DNA of 64,000 bases from Hemiscyllium ocellatum (Eukaryota). The position numbers were made by a program, and so were the translations under genes. The notes under the pieces are model-generated. The model searched no databases and was not told where the DNA came from. It saw only the letters and a list, made by a program, of their open reading frames with translations. The stretch covers positions 50,192,135 through 50,256,134 of the forward strand of contig NC_083419.1 in assembly GCF_020745735.1 (NCBI RefSeq), given 5' to 3'. Each line of letters starts with the position of its first letter. Position 1 is the stretch's first letter. Below are positions 48,914-62,765 of the stretch, one piece after another.

Positions 48914-49138
48914 GTAAAATAGCTGATTCTTTAAGTCTTTTCTTTATCCAGTGTGTTCGTGAAGACAGACGATCAGAAACTTTATCAGCACAGATCTCAT
49001 TTGGTAGTCAGCATAGCTGTAGAGTGTGCATGCCAAACAGTAATTGTTAACACTTTACTGAATTGAAATCGACAAATATTTATTTTCCGCCCATGTCACA
49101 TTGCAGATGTAATTTTAAAAATACATTTTTTTTAACAG

Positions 49139-49204
49139 AACGGAGAACTTAAGAAACAGCTCCATGAAAGACAAACCCGAATAACATCCCTTAGCGAGAA
49201 ACAA
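49139..49204 (+). CDS. PHF21B: PHF21 family, 66-nt coding exon (NGELKKQLHERQTRITSLSEKQ)
   Basis: Acceptor TTTTTAACAG|, donor CAA|GTAAGA. NG.LKKQLHERQ.RI is closer to PHF21B (NGDLKKQLHERQPRI) than to PHF21A (NADLKKQLHELQAKI). No further exon was recognised in the window. Confidence 0.85.
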
Positions 49205-52200
49205 GTAAGAAATTAGTTTAGTTTCTGGTCAGGTATCGATGTGTGTAATAGCGATTTAGCGTTTGCGATGACTTTCACTAAAAGTAACTGTGGGGGAAGG
49301 GAGGAAGGAGGGGGAGTTGTTAACAATGAATGTGCAACCTTCTAAAGGTTGCATAATGTGTGGCGAAGGCTATATGCATCTAGATGAATTACTAAAGTTA
49401 AAATGTTGGTGTATATGTTGAGATGAGTTTGCTTCCAAATGAAGCGAAGTTGTGCGTGCGTTTAAGTTGACAAATTCTGAGGCGTCCATTTTGGATAGGT
49501 CGACATATTTTCCAAGTATGAAAAGAGAAGGGGAAAATCTGGCAACTAATTTGTACGTTAAGTTTATAATACCGATTTATATCCTCAAGCTCCCCACCCA
49601 GTTCCTGCTGGAATGCTTAACTAGTTTATTTGTGGTTTATTTGAGTTATAATGCTCTTACTTATCGTCTCCTTGTCCTGGTTTGACGTATGAACGATTGA
49701 TTCGGGCTTAGGACCACTTTCCTTTTTCTTCTGTTGTGTGAATTTAGTCAGCGGGGTATTGATCGGGACGCGATTTGTTTTGGGGAATATATGAAAATAT
49801 CGAAGTGCGTGAATATTGCTGCTGAGAACTCCGAAGGCCGACTTTGCATACTTGGAGCAGTTGATGGAGCTTGGCTTCTAGCGGAGAGCTCTGATTATTA
49901 CAATGGAAAAAAAATTCAGCACCACGAACAGATGCCATTGAACGCACAGCTTGCTTTTGGCTCTGTCCAGCACTCAGCCCCTCAGCAATTTGGTGTATTT
50001 TTGCAAAACGATCACATTTTTGACCTCCCCTTAATTTCCAATAAAGGTTATCATAATCTCTTAAAATGCTTCATGAGAATTTAAAATCCAAACGCTCAGT
50101 ATATTGAGTTTTTCTTAACTCCATTGATCTTGTTTCTGTTGGAATGCAGCTTGCAGCACCAAGTTAGCACTGCATCTTAATTTTGTTAGAGATCGAAATG
50201 GTAAATTCTGCAAGGATAATCAGTGATCTTGATCACTGTTTTTGAAGCTAATGATGGAAAGTGTCACTTTGTTTCTGGGATGAAGTAATTGTGTATATGT
50301 TGTTATTTATTTATTTTGCTAGTACATTCAATTTAGTAGTGGAAGCTTCCATTTTGTAAGGGGTGTTGTGTTTTTTTTTCTAACATGGAGAAAACTATGG
50401 AATGAAGAAATCACATTTGAAGTGTGGAGGGGGATGGGCATCATTCATGCTTAGCATTACCATTTTGATCGCATTGATATTTTGTGAGGGGGAGGGGCAG
50501 GAGGTGAGGGAGCATATAAACTGCTGCTTATAATCACTGTGTGTTTAACAAATCAGTTTTTGATTTATCAAAAAAACTGTTTCTTGCCTACTTCCCCCAC
50601 CCCCATTATGGAAGAAGGTATTTTTGTCTTTTGATCACTCAGCATTTTTGTATTGTAGTTACAATTTTTTTTAAAAAAAGTGTACCAAAATCTCTTGAGT
50701 TACTCCTGCTTTATAATCACTTTATCAGACTTTATTTAGGTGGAAATAGCATGGATGTTTTTTCGCCAACTACTAGTAGGAAGAAACCAAAGACAACTAT
50801 TTTAAAGTGCTGTATACAGTAATGTTTCATATCATACTGAACTGTAAAGTTCAATTGAACTAAACTTTCTTATAAAAAATGGATGTAAATTTCTCAGAGT
50901 GCTTATCTGAACTGGAATATGTGTTTATGCAGGCTAATAGCTTCCCAGTACATTGTCCAAATGGACATTTGTTCACAAGTTAAATGAAACAAGTATTAGT
51001 GGGCAGTTTGATCACAAGAAAAGGGTTTCAGTTCAGTACTTTGTTTCTGTAGTATTTGACATTTGGGATGGATGTTCCCTCCACCATTGAGATCACTTAC
51101 TGAGCTCAAATAGGTGATTGAACTCAACTGAAGCTGGAAGTTTCTTACACAATTGACACTGAGTCAGAGTATTATTTACTCAGAGTTATCAGGGAATCTA
51201 GGAGCCTGATTCCCAAGTGAACAACAAACAATTGGAACACCTTGTATTGATATCTTTGGTTTGGTCACGTTTTAGAAACAACTTTTTTTGGAATTTGCAC
51301 CGTGCTCGGGGAAAGTCAGCCTGTAATGAAATGGCAGAACAAACATTTGTGCTGAATTTTAACAAAATGTTGCGCATTTGAGATTCTGGATGTTTCAATA
51401 AAATTTGATCTCTTGATGTCAATTAATTTGTTAATTGTTTCTTGCATCTTTTGAAGTGCTGAGGAAAGGTTTACCTTTTATTTAGAATGTTGTAGATCTG
51501 TTGAGAACTACTTGATCACTTCGTTCTCCGTTACTTACTTTGTTTTAATGTAATTTATATTTGAAATCAACTGCAACTTCTAATATTAATCATTTTCTGA
51601 AAAAATAATCTTTGGAAAAATGATTTATTTCCTTCCGCTCTAATAAATGGGGAGGTTAAGAGTTTTTGTTCTGATTTAAATGTGAATGTTCTATTTCGTT
51701 TCTTTAATTGCTGGGTTAGCAACAGCATACTGAATTAAGTATTGCGATAATATCAAAGTATTTCACTTAAAAGGTAACTTTGTGCAAATTAGTTCCAATT
51801 AAAGGTACTTTGCAAAACGCTAATTTGCATTATATTGCTTACAAAAAACAATCTGATAATCTAGATCATCCTCTTTTCACGTTTGTTCTTCAAAATAAGC
51901 TGCTAAATTTTAATTTTGTTGAAAGATAAAGATTTCGTACTCACTGGGAATGCTTACACATGAAACAGCCTAAAACCATGAAAATCAATGATGTGTAAAA
52001 TTGAACAAAATTTAAATTAAGGGACCACAAAACAAAGAGATTTGAAATGGTCAAAAACGAGTCCATGAATAACTGGTCAAATTGTTACAGTTAGGACTGG
52101 ACATTACCTCTGCTAATGTGTAAACAACAATAAGTATTTTTGGTGCAAAGTCAAACTAATAAGTAATTATACAGTAGAAAGAAGTCTCTTTACAAAACCA

Positions 52201-53208
52201 GTATGCATTTTAATACAAATAGATTATGATGAAGCTGATTTGATAGTACTTTGCTGCCTTGCCAGTGAATCAGTGATAATGCAGTCTCTCTTTCTGTGAT
52301 TTGTTACTTGGGCAACTGATGGGTTTGAAATTATTCACTACGTGCTTTCAGTGACCGAATGCTGATAGCAAATCCTTTGCCTGTATGAGGTTGTTTAATA
52401 TAATTTAATGTAATGAAGCACAGTAATAATGCTTCTTAGTGTCACTTGACTGTTGTTTGAGCAGAGCATTATCCTTCACATAACATGATATAATATACAA
52501 AGAGCCCATTTGCTGGTTCAGTACATTATGTGCCATGAACAATTGTGTGTTTGTGTGTGTAGCAGCAATGTTGACTTGCGTTGTACTAATGTTTGGAAAA
52601 CATATTTAAGGGCATATTATTTCTCCTTTATAAATATTACATTTCAAATTTAAGTGAAGTACTGACAGTGTTTACCAATAACTAGCAGGCTGTGATGAGC
52701 TTTTCTTTTGCATATGGCATTTACTTTTTCTGTTTCTCCCCACCCCACCCCCACTCAAACTGGCTAAAATAAGGCTGTTTTGTTTCTATTCTGTATGACA
52801 CTTTCTAATTTCTCCCTTATTTTAAAATAGTTTTTTTTATACGCAGTACATCTCTTAATATTTATCCTGTTTTTTAAAAAGGCATGTAAATATTGATTGA
52901 CTTGGAATTCATTACCAAACTGCCAAAATGGATGTAACTTTAATGCTTTGTCCTTTTGGGTATCTTATTAGGTGAATTGATTGTATGACAGGAATAAAAT
53001 AGTTAATCTAGCTCAAATGTTTTGTTATACCTTGAAAACAAGATCAAAAGTACATGGCAAGTACTTTTTTTTAGTTTTTACTCTTCTTTCACTATGTAAA
53101 AACTTTTAAACAGATGTCTCACAAGTATCTGAATACCTTGCCCACTTCGTTGACCATTATTTGGCTCTTGCTTGGATGTTATCCAAAATTGGAGGATTTT
53201 ATTGGTAG

Positions 53209-53541
53209 ATAGAATCATAGAATCCCTACAGTGTGGAAACAGTCCCTTGGACCCAAAAGGTCCACACCGACCCTCCGAAGGGGAATGCACCCAGACCCAT
53301 TCCCTTACCCTGGATTTACCCCTGACTAATGCACCTAACACAATGGGCAATTTAGCATGGCCAGTTCAGCTGACCTGCACATCTTTGGATTGTGGGAAGA
53401 AACCAGAGCATCCAGAGGAAACCCATGCAGACATGGGGAGAATGTGCAAACTCCACATGGACAGTTGCCTGGGCTGGAATTGAACCTGGGTCCCTGGCAC
53501 GGTGAGGCAACAGTGCTAACCACTGAGCCACCATGCCACCC
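53209..53541 (-). mobile_element. HE1-type SINE
   Basis: Reverse complement of the HE1 head, V-domain and tail, with a (GATTCTAT)n end. Confidence 0.9.
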
Positions 53542-55129
53542 TATGCATGATAATCAACTTTGAAACCATCCTTACCTGACGCCGACAAGGGGTTGTGGAT
53601 TGTAGTTTGAATTGTAATTCTGAATTATCTGATTCTTTATTTTTTAAGCTTGGAGGCATTGAGGGCAGTTTTGATATGGTTAAAGCCATCTGCTTGTAAC
53701 CAGCTAACTGCATAGATCAGCAATTGAACAAGCTATATGGTTTTTGTGTTTGTCTCAGGAAAGGATACAATGCTAGCAAACAGTAGTCCAGTAATGATCA
53801 CTATTACAGTCTAGAACTTTTTTCAAGATTTTACATACAAAGTCTTCAACTTGGTTTTTGCATAACTTTTGAATCTTTGTTACTGTTACTTTGATATTTT
53901 GTTATTTGTTAATTCTGAAAAAGGTGCTTTAAAAAAAAGCAAAAATCTGTTTAAAAAAATTTCTCCGTACCGTTGGAAATGTTCTGATCGAGATGATGTG
54001 ATCTGAGCCTCCTTAGCCATTTCTGATTAAGCTGCTTATTTTTTTTGTGAAGTTGTAATTATACTTGTATGTCATATAGATCTGCTGAAGCAGCATAGTT
54101 CTGGCTGTAACCTTTGACAACAGCAATGTGGAAACATGTAAAGCAAACCTTTATTGTAGTTGGAAAAAAACATCATGAACTGCAAAGGGGTGCTGTCTAA
54201 ACAGTGGGCAATTATATTAAAATAGATTTTAATTAATAATATAGTTATGGAAATACATTTGTTTTATGTGATTGATTAGAGAAAATCAATTTATATTACT
54301 CATTGTTTCTCAATTAGTGGAAGACTGATCTAATTTAGCAATTTAATATGGCTAGTTTAGTTTATTTTATACCAGCTTAGGTGAAATAAGTGGAAGTGGG
54401 AAAATGGCCAGGTTTCCACAATGTGAAATGGTTTAAATTTCTGACCAATATACTTGAAGTGATGTAGAATTTGATTTAATTTTGCTTCTAGGTTTTAAGT
54501 AAGCATTTTGGATAAAATTGCTATCTATTAACATGCATTCTTAAACTCCATGTGTATCTAGTGTGAGTTGGTTCAGAATGCTGCTTTGAATTCATCACAG
54601 CTAAGCTAAAGATGACCATTATTCATAATATGCTTTATAATCAAATTTCTTGGTTTGTGTTTTGCAATTGCCACTTTAGTTGAGTTAAAATACTTGTCAG
54701 TACTTTTATGAATGCATTTATTCCGTATAATTGTTTTCAGAATAGGGTTAAATTTGTTTTTTGTGTGCAAAACATCATTTTAAAAATCCCATCTTCAAGA
54801 GTTTATAACAGCAGTTCCTATTTTAACATTGGTTTTTGGCATTTGCACATGTTAAGTTGGCATAATGATGAAAATTAAGTTCTAAATCTATTGTTGACTT
54901 CATCTTTACCAGGAAAAATGTGAGTAATAGGGCAAATGTTCATACTGAAGTTCTAGACAGCTCTACCCCTCCCCCATCTAAACTCCCCTCCTGGTTGGTA
55001 CCACGTCATAGAAAAAGCCATTTCCATTTGCAAAATGCAAGTTGATTTAAAAAAAATTGTGGCCTTCCAAAGTATATCTGAACTATCATAGTTTCATCTT
55101 GTTAAAATAGAGTGAGAGTACAAGGCTAA

Positions 55130-55380
55130 TATTTATTATCCTTGAAAATGTGTGGGAACTGCTGCGCTCTATGATGAAGACCTTTCTCAAAATGCTAGTT
55201 GGGGAAAAGCATTCCAGGATTTTGACTTCAGTGGAGGAACACAATATTTACAAGTCAGGTTGGTGCATGAGATGGAGAGGAACTTGAAGTTGGTTCTGTT
55301 CCCAAGTGCCTACTACCATTCTAGGTGATGTATCTTGCTGATTTGGATAGTGCTGTTGAATAAGTTTGGTGTGTTAATGT
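55130..55380 (-). mobile_element. Ancient L2/CR1-group LINE 3' fragment
   Basis: Degenerate TTCCAGGATTTTGAC...CAAGTCAGG..GGTG...GGAACTTG.AG..GGT..TGTTCCCA motif string. Confidence 0.5.
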
Positions 55381-55899
55381 ATCCTAGATGACTGATTTTG
55401 AAACTTTCTTGATTGAAGGGTCTGTTTACAGTTTAGGAAGAAGGTGTCAATGAATACTAAGCAATCAAAGTTATAATATCAGATTGTACTGGTAATGTGA
55501 GAGGTAATATGAAATGTGTTTGGATAAGGTTTTCAAGAAAACGAATCTTTGTAGATGTTGATGCATTATTGGGTCCACTGGCTTCTCACCTGTAGTATCT
55601 CCCACCTCTTGTGTTTAGTGATAATATTTGTGAACTATTCTCTATTCACATATGTAACATGCATTTTTTCCTCTGTCTTTGTCAAAACGGCTCCCTCAAC
55701 AAACATAAGTATTGTTGCGTTTTCTTTGTGTTAAGTTTTGAAAATCTTTGTTAAAGTATTCCCCTGTTTTAGCACAGCTGAGATCACCTTGCCCTTAACT
55801 CTTCCCACTGACCTGTCTCATATCCAGATTTCCTCTGTGTGCATTTCCCTCCGAGGTGAAGCAGGCAGCACCAGTTTTTGGACATGCAGTGATTGCAAG

Positions 55900-57550
55900 C
55901 TGCTTATTCACCTCTTCTTGATCATGGTACAATAGACACACTCGCACATTTTGGAGAGGGTGGATCAAGGATTCCTCCACACTGAACTCCATGATGTTTA
56001 ATGACATCTGGCCAAACATGGGCAAGTAATGTACCTCTTATTGTTGATGAATAGAAGTCCTCCATGTTGAGCATGACTTGGAAGAAGCAGTGAAGATATC
56101 AAATGCATAGAATTTACTCTGTGTATGAGGTTTCAATGCCCATCAAAAAAAGTGGCTTGGCAGCAGCACTGCCAACTGAGCTAGCTGAATTCTGAAGAAT
56201 GTAACTGCCAATCTAGACTTGCAGCAGATGGTGAGAGCAACAATACAAATGGGGGAGAAAAGCAACTCCCATATTTGCTGATATACCTACTGAAACATTT
56301 CTCACTGGTTGCATTTGTTCGAGTGAGCACTGGATAGTCTGTGAAGAGGTGACCTTTGTCTTCATACTGAGGGCATTTCATCATGCTGTGAACCATTGCA
56401 ACAATACTAAATCAGATTTTAGACTACTATTAAACTGTTGGACCTTGGTTTAATGAGGAGTGTAGAAGACCATGTAAGAACATGGGTTAGGCACACCTAA
56501 AAAGAGAGTGCCAACCTTTTGGAGGTACAGCATATGAATGCTTAAAACACAATAAGCATGCTTAGGACAGTTTAGTTGTCCTTCAACCAGCTGATTAGAT
56601 TCAGACTCTGAAGTCTGCCATGTTTCAATCATGAATAGTTCTTGTCAATGGAACAACCAGTGGAAGGAAGAGATGCCATGAATATTCCCATCCTCAAATA
56701 CATAATTCAGCCAGTGAATGTAAAAGGCAAAGTTGAAGAGTCTGCAAACATCTTTTAAAAGAAAGTACCAAATAATCCAGCTGCTGCTCCTCCTGAGGCT
56801 TCCAGCATAACAGCCTGCACTCTGTAAATTTTGTTCTTTCTCCTTGATATTGAGAAATGGTTGGACAAGTTTGTTATAGCAAAAGCTAAAGATCCTGACA
56901 ACACTCTGGCTGCAGTGCTGAAGTCTTGCACTTATGGACTGTTGTTCCAGTATAGCTGCAACACTGGCATTTGCCCAACAAAGTGAAAAATTGCCCAGAT
57001 CCATTCTGACCATGCAAGGCAAAACAAATCTCATCCTGCTAATTACAGCTGTATAGCCTAATCTTTGGAAGTGTTGTCGAAAGTGCTATCGTGAATAACG
57101 AGTGATGAATAATCTGCACAACTTTATACAGTGAGGTTGCGCCAGGACAACAACTCTCCAACCTCATTGTAGCTTTAGTTCAAATGTTATAAAGGTTTGA
57201 AGTGAAATGGGAATGATTACCTGGGCATCAAAGACTGCTGGTACAATTGAAGTTAATGGGAATGGAGGTTAACTTTCCAGTGGTTGATCTGAACCATTAT
57301 TCATGCTTGATTGTGTTTGTTGTGATTTCAATGATTTCATGAATTGTTACAGGAGTTCAAGCTGTTGTCAACTGGTTTATAACTGACCAGCTTTCCACCA
57401 TTAAATATTTGTTGCTAGTGACATTGAGAAGTAGTGAATAGTATTGAACAAATATGGAAGTCAGTGCCTGCATGCTTCAAGGTATGGGCACCATTCAGAC
57501 ATGGGCTGACTAATGGTAGCTAATAGTGTCAGGCATTGAACATGCCTAAC
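55900..57550 (+). mobile_element. Ancient L2/CR1-group LINE ORF2 remnant
   Basis: VLHVEHDLEEAV...GFNAHQKKWLGSST, as at 5150-5540. Further on KIAQI...NPANYS and IQTWAD*W remnants. Confidence 0.65.
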
Positions 57551-60500
57551 TGAGTCATTGTTAGGCTACTTTAAAGAGTAATTGAGAGTTGCTGTATTGG
57601 TGTGGGACAGGAGTCCTTTATAAATCACATTGTTGGGATGGCAAGTCTGAATTGGTTCAATTCAATGACATGGTCAATTAAATTATAAAGTTTGAATCTA
57701 TGTTGAGATTAAAATTTAGTTTTTCAACTTCTGAACAATGTCGACCATATGTTTGTCCTAGGAGCCCAACTGCTAATTCGTTTGAAAATACATGACTTAT
57801 TCTACCAGGTGGGCACTTGTATCATTTTTGTTGACATGGTGCTTATATTTGTTATCTTGCCATGCCTTAAATTGCTTGTTGAACACATTACTTATTTTTC
57901 ATGTGAAGTAGAAAAATATGCAACATAACTGAGTTTTCAAATATTGCCGGGTGTCATCAGTGCAGCCTTCTTTGCACGCTCGGATTTTGGCTTTGAGAAG
58001 ACAGTTATCCACTATGTCTCAATTCAGCATTCTCTTGGACCACATGATACATAGCCAGATGTGAAGAATAGAATTGCAAATTAATTCTTACTACTTTATT
58101 CTAGTCTCACTTCACAAATTGTTATCACCAGGACTATCTTTTTAATTTTTCCTTATATTGCAGTAGTTTGGGGTAGCAGATAACTAATTTGAGAAAATAA
58201 TCTTGGTTCTCAGAGATTAAGAAACAATTTAACGATGAACTCCATATTCACAGAATTGCAGAAATGTTAGTGTGGAAAGAGGCCATTGTCTGTACCAGCT
58301 CTCTATACTTTACATAATGCCATTCCCCTGCCTCCTCACTAGACATGTGAAACTGTCCATTATTAATAAAACACTCTTAGTTCCCTTGGGATGGGCTGTT
58401 GTTCTGGGAGTGTGCTGACTGTCTTTCAGTTCCTTTTTAAAAGTGGTCATTCTTCATGCGTGAACCAAAAGAGTGAGTACCTAATAGGGGTTTTTAAATC
58501 TTTATCTTTGTCAACTTGTGTTCATTTGATAATTGATTTTTAAGTGAGGTAGGAGCCAACATTTTGATTTCACAGGTTGAGGTACAGGAATTAACTCAGT
58601 GGCGTGTTTGTGGCTTGTCAGAACTGTGCTCTCTTTACTAAATTCCACACCTAATAGGAACAGTGTCACTGCACAACTGTCTGATAGGAAATTCCAGAAT
58701 ATTGGCCTAGTAACAATAACGGAATGCCAAGAGAAGACCAAGTTAATACAATATTGGAATTATATATAAAGGGTGTTCAGATGACATTGGGCTTCTGGTA
58801 TTTAGTATTGGTGGACAACTCCAAGAAGGAGTTGCTGCAGAAGTAATCTTTGAATCTTTGAGTTATTTGTGGGCTTGACACAAAGAGAGAATTCTAGGTA
58901 AATACTTTGCACTTAGTCTGAATAATCAAAGAACTAGGAATTGAGGAGGGACCTCACAAATAGATGGTTGAGAAAGCAAGAACTCTCAACTTTTAATGGA
59001 ACTAATGCCCATAATTTTCAAGGGATCTAACACAGTGAATTCACAAACTGCATAGACATGTACTATTTTCCACCTGAGAATAGTTAGTTTGTGAGAAGCC
59101 CTTTTTTTAAACATCTTTTATGCCTCAAAGATCGATATGCACATACAGAACCAGTAATGGAACAATTTTAAACATCACTATCATAAACTTTTTGACAGGG
59201 TTTAAAAAAAATGTTTGAAAGTCTATTTCTTTAATTGACCAGGAGTTTTTACAGATAGCTTTCACCTCCAAAGTGAACAGTAGAGCATAAATATAGAATC
59301 TAGAATAGATACAAGTAAAAAGAAAATGCAATTTAGTGTTGTATTAAAGAGATAATAAAAATCACAGGTGAAGTAGAAGTAAAAAGAAAAATTCTTAAAG
59401 GAGAAGGGATGAGAGAGTAAGCAGACATTATAAACTTGAAAATATACTCTTCAATTAAAATTCAAGTATAAGTTATATCAATAAAGCTGCTTTTACTGGT
59501 TGAGTAACTTTACAGTAAATGTTCAATTCGCAGAAGTGTAAATGCTTAATCCAAAACCAACTACTGTAAAACAGATGTCATTTTCCACTTTCCTTGGTGA
59601 GCTGGCCATCTAAGAGCTTGAAAGAACTGAACAAGTTACAAAAGGCGAGTATAGAATGACTAGAATACAAGGAGATTTATAAATAGATGCTTAGAGATAA
59701 AATATCAATTCTATAGTTTGTCTTGAACTTGAATCTGAGAGAGTTCAACTATAACTGATTCTGAAGCCCATTCTCTAGTAACCCACTTATGGGAAATTGA
59801 ACTGCCACAAATGGTAACGTAGACAAACATAAAACAAATCACTGAAATCGTGGTGATAAAGAATGTTAGAGCATCCTATTTAAGTTACACTCCCAAACTT
59901 GAGCAAATTTTCATTGGGTGTCAAAGTGTGAATGAATGCATGGATGGGGTGAGGATGGCAGGGGTGCAGAATGCATGAAAGACAGAAACTGAAGACCATT
60001 TTTTAAAATTGAAAGTCTTTTATTTAAGTGCTTTTGCACACCAGTGTGTAACTCAGGACAAGAGTTGGAACTGGAGGGCCGACCCAATTTCTGAAATTAG
60101 TATCAATATCAAATATTCTCAGATCTGATGTACAGCAGAATACAGTGGAGTAAAAAGAAAACTGTGTACCTGTTCACAAACATACCATTGTTCAAAATAA
60201 GAAAGGCAGTGTTTTCATTTTAAATACAAGGAATCACTGTATCCTTTTCAACAAAGCAACCAATTTTACGTAAAAGCAATACACATTGTAGGATAAAACA
60301 TTTTACAAAACCCAGAGGCATTTTAAGCTTGAAAATATGCAACAGTATTTGACTTCATAATATTAAAAATCAAACCGATGAATTCCTGTTGCAGGTCTGA
60401 TAGGAGAAGCTATTCAAGAAACTAAATTATAAAATAGCTTAGGAAATTAATGGTAAATTAGTTGATCGTTACGTCATAGAACAAAAGGTTACACTTGAAC

Positions 60501-60974
60501 ATAATCAGGATTCATTGTCAAAATTGTCAAAGCAGTTGTATGTTCCTGAGGTAAGATGCTAAGAATAATGTGCAAAGATGAGAAAATAAATGATACCGCA
60601 GAGCTCTGAAAACTGGTTCTCCTGAACGCTGTGTAATAAAATGTGTTGCTATGATACAAGCTGCTAAAGAAGTTCATTAAAGGCCGTTAAACAAAGCTGC
60701 CAGACTTGATTCCTTTTAAAGACTGCTTATTTGATTTCAGACTGTGTACTCATAATTAAAATCCACTGTGTGAGTGATTTGGAGTTCTCACTAACTCCAC
60801 TGTACACATACAGCTGAGGCAAAAGTAACTCCAAGCAATTGTCTCATTCCAAAGCAAGTTCTGTAGTTCAGCAAAGATTGAAGTTTCACACCATTTTGTA
60901 AGAATGGTGGATAATGCAGGTATGTTATTAAGTGCTACCTAACATGCTTTCTGTTACTCTCTTAAAGATGATAA

Positions 60975-61250
60975 GGGTGGCATGGTGGCTCATGGTTATC
61001 ACTGAGGCCTCACAGCGCCAGGGACCTGGGTTTGATTCCGGCCTCAGACAGCTGTGTGGCGTTTCCATATTCTCCCCCATGTCCGCATGGATTTCCTTCC
61101 ACAGTCCAAAGATGTGTAGGTTTGTGCATTGTCCATGGGAAGTACATTCCGACAGGATAGGTAAGGGTGGGGAGTTGTGGGTGGGATGCTCCTCAGAAGA
61201 TCACTGTGGACCCGATGGGCCGAATGCCCTGTTTCCACACTAGGAATTTT
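60975..61250 (+). mobile_element. HE1-type SINE
   Basis: Head GGGTGGCATGGTGGCTCA, tail GGGCCGAATGCCCTGTTTCCACAC. TSD ATGATAA at 60968-60974 and 61251-61257. Confidence 0.9.
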
Positions 61251-62448
61251 ATGATAATAGTTGGTGTTTGGCTAAAAATGCACAGACACATTTGACTAAG
61301 CAATTATTCTTGGTTTGCAGTCATCAGTACGGTAATCATAAAGGTAAACATGGTTGACCTTCTCTAACCTTTGTGATGGAGTGTTTGAAACCTGAAGGTG
61401 GGACTGATCATTTTTATCCTTGGTTTCCTGCCACAGAAGATGGTGGAGTTTGCAAAACGAACCTGGCATCTTGCTGGTTAGTACGTCTCAGTGGTTGGAC
61501 AGGTAAATATTCAGTAAACTACTGAATATTGCAATGAATTCTCAATCCAACAATGTTATAATGACATTCATTATAAATACATAACTGTTTCTGAACTTGA
61601 CTAAAGACAGTTTCCAAATTTTTTTCCCAAACATTTTTAATTCAAGTCTGAATAGAAGCAAGTGCAGATGTTAACACATCCTGAAACAACACCCACTTTA
61701 AGGAAAGCAGAATAGTTTTTGCAATCTGTGAGTATTCAGAGAAAATTATAAACTCAAATCCGAATTTAGTGATGGAATTAAAAAAAAATTGGAATGTGGA
61801 ACTGTTTCCTATAGACTATTTTTGAAACTGCTCATATTTGACAAGGAATTGATAGTTGCTTATAATGGATAAATATTAATAGGTCAGATGGAATTAGTCA
61901 TGGTGTAAGATTAGACTTTTATGGCTACACTGAAGAAACATATTAGTGGATCCATAGTGAGCAAATTATTTGTTTTTTGTGTTGTACCATTCTAAGAGTA
62001 GGCTTTATTGCATGAGTTCCATACTATTTCAGGTGACTTGCTCCCAGGTTATGTCAATGCTGCTTCTGATTCACTATTTGTGGTGCATAAAAACTTCCTT
62101 ACTTTTCTTCAATTCACTCCTCTTAACTGAGAAAATAGTGGATCCCTCATTGCTGCTTGATGCCTGATACGTTAATTAAGAAATCCGGGGTGCGATCTTT
62201 CAATCTACCAGGTTTCAGGCAGCTATATCTCCCTTCTGATTAACTAACTGGAATATTGTGAGTTTGTTTACATATGGTTCTAACAAAGGAAAGAACATGC
62301 AAATTTCATGCTGAATTTAGTCAAGATAGCTGAACAAGGTTGGAGGCATTTGTTGAATATATAGTTAATTTATAATTCTGCTTTTGTCTTAGCAATGGAA
62401 CTTTTCGTAATGTCAGTGTTATTTTGCTTTTACACTCAAAGTCCTTGA

Positions 62449-62705
62449 GGGCGGCCTCAGGCGACTGACAGTGTGGAGTTTGCATATTCTCCCCGTGTCT
62501 GCGAGGTTTTCCTTCGGGTGCTCCAGTTTCCTCCCACAGTCCAAAAATGTGCGGGTTAGGTGAATTGGCCATGCTAAATTGTCTGTAGCGTTAGGTGAAG
62601 GGGTAAATGCAGGGGAATGTGTCCGGGTGGGTTGTGCTTCGGCGGGTCGAAGTGGACTTGTTGGGCCGAAGGGCCTGTTTCCACACTGTAAGTAATCTAA
62701 TCTAA
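62449..62705 (+). mobile_element. HE1-type SINE lacking the A/B-box region
   Basis: GGGCGGC is joined directly to CTCAGGCGACTG. V-domain and (TAATC)n tail are intact. Confidence 0.85.
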
Positions 62706-62765
62706 GATCTACATCCTTAAAGCAGGAAGCATTTTAGCCACACAAAGGGTGAGAATGTAGAATGA

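Noticed and set aside
48404-49204. Assignment to PHF21A
   Set aside because: The third exon has NG...HERQ.RI, closer to PHF21B as I recall it. PHF21A is not fully excluded without the downstream exons or synteny.
49333-49353. 9-bp hairpin TGCAACCTT-CTA-AAGGTTGCA
   Set aside because: Short and isolated. Plausible by chance in 64 kb, with no supporting context.
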